Below are positions 58,158 to 64,000 of a stretch of 64,000 nt of DNA, piece by piece. The notes beneath the pieces were generated by a model. It searched no databases and had not been told where the DNA came from. It was given only the letters and a program-made list of their open reading frames with translations. The stretch's first letter is position 1. Each line of letters opens with the position of its first letter. This DNA is from Negativicutes bacterium (GTDB taxonomy: Bacteria > Bacillota > Negativicutes > UBA1444), in contig CAXXIN010000015.1 of assembly GCA_963665275.2 (NCBI GenBank), forward strand, positions 32,001 to 96,000, in the 5' to 3' direction. The translations under genes were made by a program, and so were the position numbers.

Positions 58158-59477
58158 ATGAAAGTTGGAATCATCGGTCCCTCACAAATAGTCGCCAAAA
58201 CTGCCCGGATCATCAAGAAGGAATTCCCGCAAATTGAACCGGTCGAATATGTCTATTCCACTTATACGGAAACACCCGCCCTACTGAAGTACCACCAGTT
58301 GGAGGTGGATGCCCTTCTATTCACCGGAAAAACGCCGTACACGCTGGCTGGTAAATTCATCAAGCCGACTGTACCGTGGGAGTTCGTTCCCCGCAGCGGC
58401 AGTTCTCTGATGCGAATATTGCTGTACGCCAAACTCTGGACCGATTATGATATTTCCAACATCAGTTTCGACACCTACAATCAGGACTTACTTCATGAAG
58501 CCTATCAGGAAATCGGCATCCCTATTGAACAGCTGAGAATCTTCATCGCGGAGGAAGAAAAGCTCTCCGACAACTATCAAACCCACATCTGTGATTTTCA
58601 CAAAAAGAACTATTTGGGCGGCCACGTTTCCTGCTGTATCACCGCTCTGCAGGGGGCGTACGACGAACTTCGCGCGTGTGCGGTTCCCTGTCTGCTGCTG
58701 GAGCCGACAGCCAACATCATCAGAGAAACTCTCTACAAACTGCAGTTGAAACATTTGGTGAAAGTAAGCCAACAAAGCCAGCTGGTGGCCATTTGTATCC
58801 AGATTGACGCGCCCAGTGAACTTTCTTTGCTGGCTGATGACGAATATCAGACCGCTCTGAACCGGACGAAAGTGTCGGAACAGATTTACTTGTTTGCGCA
58901 ACGCATCCAGGCTGCAGTCATTGAAAGCGGCGATAAAAACTATCTGCTCTTTACGACCACGCAGTTATTGGAGAATGAAACCAACAACCTGAAAAGCATT
59001 GAATTGCTTCATGCCGTCCAAGCCAACACCGCCAGCACCGTCAGCGTAGGGATCGGATACGGGCAGACCGCCAACGAAGCCAAAATCGGCGCGACCCGCG
59101 GCATGCTGCATGCCAGTAAAAAAGGCGGAAACCTCGCCTTTATCGTCTATGAAGGAAAAAAAATCATCGGCCACTTGGCAAGTATCGCTCCGAACACAGA
59201 AAAAGCAGAACCGCTCATCGATGAAAAATTTCTACGCATCTCGGAAAAGGTCGGAGTCAGTATCAACACCGTATTCAAATTAAGCTGTATCGCGGAGCAA
59301 TATGGGAAAAGCGATTTCACCATCAAGGAATTGGCGCCGCTGTTTGGCGTAACAACGAGAACGATGAACAGAGTGATTGAGAAATTTGAACAAACAGGGT
59401 TTTGTAAAATCATCGGTAAAAGGATCATCGGCAAATCCGGCCGCCCCAGCCGAATCATTCACCTGAATCTTGGGTGA
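58158..59477 (+). CDS. Putative transcriptional regulator (N-terminal ligand domain, degenerate cyclase-like middle, C-terminal HTH)
   Basis: Divergent from the amidohydrolase operon; SVGIGYG.TA.EA and C-terminal T..ELA..FGVT.RT.NR...GRP.R. Confidence 0.7.
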   Translation: MKVGIIGPSQIVAKTARIIKKEFPQIEPVEYVYSTYTETPALLKYHQLEVDALLFTGKTPYTLAGKFIKPTVPWEFVPRSGSSLMRILLYAKLWTDYDISNISFDTYNQDLLHEAYQEIGIPIEQLRIFIAEEEKLSDNYQTHICDFHKKNYLGGHVSCCITALQGAYDELRACAVPCLLLEPTANIIRETLYKLQLKHLVKVSQQSQLVAICIQIDAPSELSLLADDEYQTALNRTKVSEQIYLFAQRIQAAVIESGDKNYLLFTTTQLLENETNNLKSIELLHAVQANTASTVSVGIGYGQTANEAKIGATRGMLHASKKGGNLAFIVYEGKKIIGHLASIAPNTEKAEPLIDEKFLRISEKVGVSINTVFKLSCIAEQYGKSDFTIKELAPLFGVTTRTMNRVIEKFEQTGFCKIIGKRIIGKSGRPSRIIHLNLG

Positions 59478-59545
59478 CATTATAGATATGCCCGATCTTT
59501 TCCATCCAAGATCCAGCCGACATCAGAAAATTCATGATCCGCTTC

Positions 59546-59581
59546 AAGACCGTCACAGGAGTGGCGGTCTTTTCATTTTTT
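59546..59581 (+). terminator. Intrinsic terminator
   Basis: AAGACCGTCAC-AGGA-GTGGCGGTCTT followed by TTCATTTTT. Confidence 0.75.
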
Positions 59582-59651
59582 AAAATCCTTCTCTTTTCTA
59601 AGAACTTCTACCGTTGATGGATAGTGACCCGATAATTTCGCGCGGAAAGGA

Positions 59652-60122
59652 ATGAGCTGTTGCATGAACCAGACAGAGATTCTCGATTTGATTACCTATC
59701 GCTGCACTTCCAACGGTTTTCACCAAGTATCATCCCCCCTGACGTATCAGGACCAGGAGGTATTGGTCTGCGCTCTCGCCAACTGGGAAGAGGAATATCA
59801 TTTCTTCGGGTTTGAAGTTGTCAGCAGTACCGAATTTCTATCCAACCCAACAGCAAAAACCAACGCATATAAAGACCCTGTCTTTTTCAACCGGATGACG
59901 CAAGAAATAGACCTTTCCCCTCTGAGTCACGCAAATTCGGATTCCCTGAATTGCAAGTTTGGTTTTTATAAGATCGTGCCTGATGAACCTGCCTGTCGAC
60001 TGATGGTGAAAAATCTCTGGCTATCTGATCCCAATGCAGCGGCGCGGGTTGTGCTGGTCGCACACGACGGGACCTGGCTTACGGGCAGGGACATGCTGGG
60101 AATCACAGTATTACTGTCCTAA
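59652..60122 (+). CDS. Hypothetical protein
   Basis: 156-aa ORF with GGAAAGG upstream; no motif recognised. Confidence 0.55.
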   Translation: MSCCMNQTEILDLITYRCTSNGFHQVSSPLTYQDQEVLVCALANWEEEYHFFGFEVVSSTEFLSNPTAKTNAYKDPVFFNRMTQEIDLSPLSHANSDSLNCKFGFYKIVPDEPACRLMVKNLWLSDPNAAARVVLVAHDGTWLTGRDMLGITVLLS

Positions 60123-60149
60123 TGTACAACTCTCAACTCAAATACTACA

Positions 60150-60193
60150 GGGGCTGCCTCACATTAGGTTTTTAAACCTGAGTGATGCAGCCC
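60150..60193. repeat. Palindromic REP/MITE-like element, copy 2
   Basis: GGGGCTGCCTCACATTAGGTTT-TT-AAACCTGAGTGATGCAGCCC between convergent genes; related to 35204-35250. Confidence 0.6.
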
Positions 60194-60198
60194 TTTAA

Positions 60199-61167
60199 TC
60201 ATTGCTGATTGTCGGATTCGCAGGGTTCGGTTCCTGATGACTGGACGAGACAGTTGGATTGCTCCCTACGGCTCATCATTTCATCCATCGTGTCATCATC
60301 TTCCACTTTGCGGACATCCACCGTCACTTCCATATTACGGTTGCCAGGCAAGGTCTTATAACTTCCTTTCACCGGTACGATATCGCAATAATCGCGACCA
60401 TGCCCCAATTTTATATAACGCCAGTTCATCGTTTCATTATTCGTCGGATCGAAGCCCAGCCAGCCTACGCCGGGAATGAACGCCTCCACCCAGGCATGGG
60501 AAGCCTGCTGAAAGGCCGCTGTTGCAGTCTGCAAGTCGCTGACAAAATGATAACCACTGATATAGCGGGCGGGAATTCCCAGCACCCGGCAACAGGCCAG
60601 CATCAGATGGGCAAAATCCTGGCAGACTCCCCGCCGAAGCAAAAGTGTATCCTGTGCCGTGGTGTTCACATTCGTTACGCCCGGCTCATACAAAAAACCT
60701 TCATGAATGGTACTGCTCAAGGTACGAACGGTTTCATACACATTCCCGCTCTTTGCGTTCGTCGCTACTTCCGCGGCAAATGCACGGATATCCGTAGAAA
60801 ACTGAATATAGGATGTCGCAAGCAAAAACTCAGCATAGCGATTTTGAAACGCATCATCACAGAGAATTGCATGTTCTTCCGCCACACTCAGTCTGCCGCT
60901 CGAACGAGGCTCCTGACTCTGGGTAACGACGACAGAGTGACTGTGGATCTTTAGTTGCTGATGCGGCTGAGTTACAGAAAATGAGTGAACCCGATTTTCA
61001 AAGTAATCTTCATAAGTAAATAAATTCGTTTGCGGGTCCGTCACAATTAAATGATGCAGGCAGGACTGGCGGTAGTTCGTGCGGGGTGACAGTCGCACCT
61101 CATTGATGTTGTCGGTCGCCGGATGGTCATACAGGTACTGGGTGGTATGATGGATATCAAATTTCAT
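60199..61167 (-). CDS. Transglutaminase family protein (Bact_transglu_N + core)
   Basis: HHTTQY.Y, GVCQDFAHLM, IPARYISGY, SHAWVE, FDPTN and GRDY.D. Confidence 0.92.
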   Translation of the reverse strand: MKFDIHHTTQYLYDHPATDNINEVRLSPRTNYRQSCLHHLIVTDPQTNLFTYEDYFENRVHSFSVTQPHQQLKIHSHSVVVTQSQEPRSSGRLSVAEEHAILCDDAFQNRYAEFLLATSYIQFSTDIRAFAAEVATNAKSGNVYETVRTLSSTIHEGFLYEPGVTNVNTTAQDTLLLRRGVCQDFAHLMLACCRVLGIPARYISGYHFVSDLQTATAAFQQASHAWVEAFIPGVGWLGFDPTNNETMNWRYIKLGHGRDYCDIVPVKGSYKTLPGNRNMEVTVDVRKVEDDDTMDEMMSRREQSNCLVQSSGTEPCESDNQQ

Positions 61168-61172
61168 TCAGC

Positions 61173-62139
61173 CTAATCCTCCATGTTAAAGACGGTCATC
61201 GAAAATTCCCGGCTCATCTCATTGCACAGCACCAACAGAGAATGCAGAAAATTCGCTTGATCCTCCACCGTACTGCTTTCCTCATCGAGGCCGAGCAGCA
61301 AAGCCTGAATTCGCTTGAGCAGACGGGTTATTCTTCCCACTCTCAGCTGGGAATTACCCTCCAGACGCTGCATAAGCTTCAGGTTGCGGTCCAGCCCCAG
61401 CAACGCGTAAGATACAGAGCGCGGGAATTCCAAATTGAGCAAAAGAAAACGGTAGACATTTTCCGCAGTCAGCTCGGATGCATAAAACCGGCGAAACCCC
61501 TCTACCCCATCCACGGTCTTTGAGCAGGGTCAGCAATTGCTGATACTGCTCGGGCGAAACTTGATCCCGGCAAACTTCGCTGCATTTTACGAGCATTTGC
61601 AGGATGCGCACCGTGTTTTCCGCCCGTTCCATATATCGGCCGCATTGCAGAATATGCCATTCATGCCGGCGTAGCATCGAAGAGTCCGCAATGCCATAAA
61701 ATAAAGCAATCCGTTCTTTAATATGTTGATAAAAAAGATATGGGGATGCCTCAAAGATTGCCGAAATGTTTTTGTCCCTAAGCCAAAGATAAGTTTCGTT
61801 GATAGCCTCCCACACAAAACCGGGAATCCGCTCGCGCACAGCCCGGGCGTTGTTCCGCGCCAGATTCAGACAGCTTGCGATCGAGTTTGCATGATCAGGG
61901 TCCAACGTCAAAAAAAACAAAATACTTTTTTCCCCCGGTTCGGGATGTCCCGTCTGGTAACTCTGCAATTCACCGAGCATTTCCATCAACCGCTGCCACA
62001 GCGGCAGCCGATCCGCCTCGAAACCTGACGATTCCTGGTATTCCTGAAAATTGGCGTCAATCAGACGGGCATGATAGTCTACCCGTTCAGTATAACGGCC
62101 CAGCCAAAAAAAAATATCCTCCATCACCCGTCTGCTCAT
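61173..62139 (-). CDS. Alpha-E domain protein (DUF403), one apparent +1 frameshift
   Basis: FWLGRYTER, AR.NAR..RE, GRYMERAE and FLLL...FPRS; the frame changes at T3 61519-61521. Confidence 0.85.
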
Positions 62140-63611
62140 GCCCTCGCCTCCCCCATTTCTTCCGGGTTTCCTTGCAAAATCCAGGTATCTTTGCTGCCGC
62201 CCCCTTGGGACGAATTTACCACCAAAGAACCTGGCTTGAGGGCCACGCGAGTCAGTCCTCCAGGCACCACATAAACTTCCTCCCCCGCCCCCATGACCAC
62301 ATACGGGCGAAGGTCTACGTGACAAGGACTAATCCGGGCATTCTGAAAGCAAGGAACCCTTGATAGCTGAATAGTCGGCTGGGCAATGTAACGACTCGGC
62401 GTTTCCTGTATTTTCGCAGCAAATAGCGCTAATTCTTGCTTCGACGCCTGCGGTCCGATCAACATGCCGTAGCCACCCGATAGGGAGGTCTCCTTCACCA
62501 CCATCTCCGGCAAGTGTTCAAGCACGTACTCCCTTGCTTCCGTTTTTTCCAGCACATAGGTAGGAACATTCTCCAATATGGGCTCTTCATTGAGGTAATA
62601 GCGGATGATGTCAGGGATGAACCGATAAATGGCCTTATCATCGGCTACTCCTGTTCCCGGAGCGTTGGCAATCGCCACATTTCCAGCCCGATACGCATTC
62701 ATGATGCCTGGAACCCCAAGGAGCGAATCTGGACGGAAAGAAACAGGGTCCAGGTATTCATCGTCAAGTCGTCGGTAAATGACGTCGACTTGTTGCAGGC
62801 CTTGAATCGTTTTCTCATACACCTTGTGGTCAACGACCTTCAAATCGCTTCCTTCCACCAAATTGATTCCCATTTCTTGCGCCAGGAAGGTATGTTCGAA
62901 ATACGCCGAATTATGCTGCCCAGGAGTCAACAGAACAACGCGGGGATTGGACTTCCCCCCCGGAGTGAGGCTGCGCAGCGCGATAAGAAACTGGTTGAGC
63001 CCACGTGATAAAGACTGAACCCTATATTTTTCGAACAGGTCTGGAAACAGATTTCGCATCAGAGCGCGGTTCTTATATAGATACGATATGCCTGAAGGAG
63101 TGCGGAGGTTATCCTCCAAAACAAAATAACGCCCCCCTGCATCACGAATGATATCAATCCCCGATAGGCTGATATATACTCCACCTGGAACATCCACATG
63201 CATCATTTCCGGGCGAAAATACACGTTGGATATGATATCGCGTCTTGGAATAATACCTTCCCTGAAAATGTGCTGCTCATGATATGCATCCCACAGAAAA
63301 CGGTTGATGGCCTTGGCCCGTTGCCGCACACCGCTGGAAACCACCTTCCATTCCTGCGCCGGAATGATGCGGGGAATGGAATCAAAGGGGATGGTTCGTT
63401 CCAGGCTTTCCTGATCACTGGTTCCATAGAGTGTGAAAGTGATCCCCTGCTTGACCATCTGGGAATAAACCGCTTCCTGCCGGGTCTGCAGCGCCTTGGG
63501 CGACAGGGAAACAAACCAATCTTGCGCAGCCTGGTAATGAGGCCGAGTCGTCCCGTCATTCTCAAACATTTCGTCGTAAAATTTCTCCGAATGCTCGTAT
63601 TCCTGGAACAT
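62136..63611 (-). CDS. Circularly permuted type 2 ATP-grasp protein
   Basis: GITFTLY, IPFD.IPRII, VLEDNLRTPSGISY, NSAYFEH, VIYRR.DD, ANAPGTGVADDK and VVNSSQGGGSKDTW. Confidence 0.93.
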   Translation of the reverse strand: MFQEYEHSEKFYDEMFENDGTTRPHYQAAQDWFVSLSPKALQTRQEAVYSQMVKQGITFTLYGTSDQESLERTIPFDSIPRIIPAQEWKVVSSGVRQRAKAINRFLWDAYHEQHIFREGIIPRRDIISNVYFRPEMMHVDVPGGVYISLSGIDIIRDAGGRYFVLEDNLRTPSGISYLYKNRALMRNLFPDLFEKYRVQSLSRGLNQFLIALRSLTPGGKSNPRVVLLTPGQHNSAYFEHTFLAQEMGINLVEGSDLKVVDHKVYEKTIQGLQQVDVIYRRLDDEYLDPVSFRPDSLLGVPGIMNAYRAGNVAIANAPGTGVADDKAIYRFIPDIIRYYLNEEPILENVPTYVLEKTEAREYVLEHLPEMVVKETSLSGGYGMLIGPQASKQELALFAAKIQETPSRYIAQPTIQLSRVPCFQNARISPCHVDLRPYVVMGAGEEVYVVPGGLTRVALKPGSLVVNSSQGGGSKDTWILQGNPEEMGEARA

Positions 63612-63785
63612 AACACATTCACCCCTTATCTACGTTTTCCGGAAAAAACAAGAAGACTCCTGCAGCAAGCGCTGCGGAAGTCTTCTTTGACCGACTACAA
63701 TATTAAATGCATTTTATCACAATAGTATTTGTGTCTGCAAGTAAACGACTAATTGGTGGTGTGGTTAACTTGAGATAATGTCCCT

Positions 63786-64000
63786 TGTAGATTATCGTGA
63801 GAAAATGTCACCATGAAGAACGAGGTGCAGTATCTCATGAGCCAATCTCAACTGAATAGGTATGCGGTAATCCATCAGGTGATTAAAGGAAATCTCAGTC
63901 TGCAGGAAACTCCGCCCTCGGGATCAGCAGGCGCATGGCTACTTTGAGGTGATGCGGCAGCTTCTCTGTAAACCACGGGATGCCTGTCAGCATTTACGCC
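63786..64000 (+). mobile_element. Degenerate IS remnant (ISNCY/IS1202-like DDE transposase), runs off the window
   Basis: TGT...GAGAAAATGTCAC end-like sequence; MSQSQLNRYAVIHQVIKGNLS HTH start at 63837, then after frameshifts GYFEVMRQLL...HGMPVSIYA of the integrase core. Confidence 0.6.

Noticed and set aside
61173-61514. Separate 113-aa gene between alpha-E and transglutaminase
   Set aside because: It is the frameshifted C-terminus of the alpha-E protein (FLLL...FPRS motif).

Overview
A 64-kb, gene-dense window from an anaerobic Bacillota. The gene content and style suggest Negativicutes/Sporomusaceae, which is an inference. All calls come from reading motifs by eye; no database searches were run. 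Blocks from left to right: (1) partial yhaM, a GntP permease, glycerate kinase and a Tdh-like dehydrogenase. (2) A ~17-kb sigma54/AcoR-controlled acetoin-dehydrogenase-type operon (acoA-acoB-acoX-acoC) with NO E3/dihydrolipoamide dehydrogenase. It carries instead an AhpD-like CxxC protein, LipA, DUF6506, two lipoate ligases, two GcvH/LbpA-like carriers, a non-canonical GlcD-like flavoprotein, a CCG/HdrD-like Fe-S protein, and LipT, LipS2 and LipS1. (3) A SAM-I riboswitch operon: tandem-YezD protein, metQ and an internally deleted trans-sulfuration gene. (4) A larE remnant and a copper-resistance island: CopA with a nested C-terminal metal-binding mini-ORF, multicopper oxidase, DUF302, DUF2680/SHOCT proteins and a two-component system. 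(5) A ~24-kb co-oriented D-/N-acyl-amino-acid catabolic region: two M20 hydrolases, DsdA, D-amino-acid transaminase, two D-aminoacylases, an NSAR/OSBS racemase, a CapA-family protein, asparaginase, a duplicated DUF5058 membrane pair, PFOR and RidA. It contains a glycyl radical enzyme with an atypical Cys loop (NCGCVVP, no Glu), its activase and a GntR regulator. (6) A circularly permuted ATP-grasp / alpha-E / transglutaminase module and an IS remnant. Several single-base homopolymer frameshifts suggest long-read consensus errors. The best candidates for undescribed systems are the E3-less lipoyl/Hdr-like aco operon and the GRE within the D-/N-acyl-amino-acid cluster.
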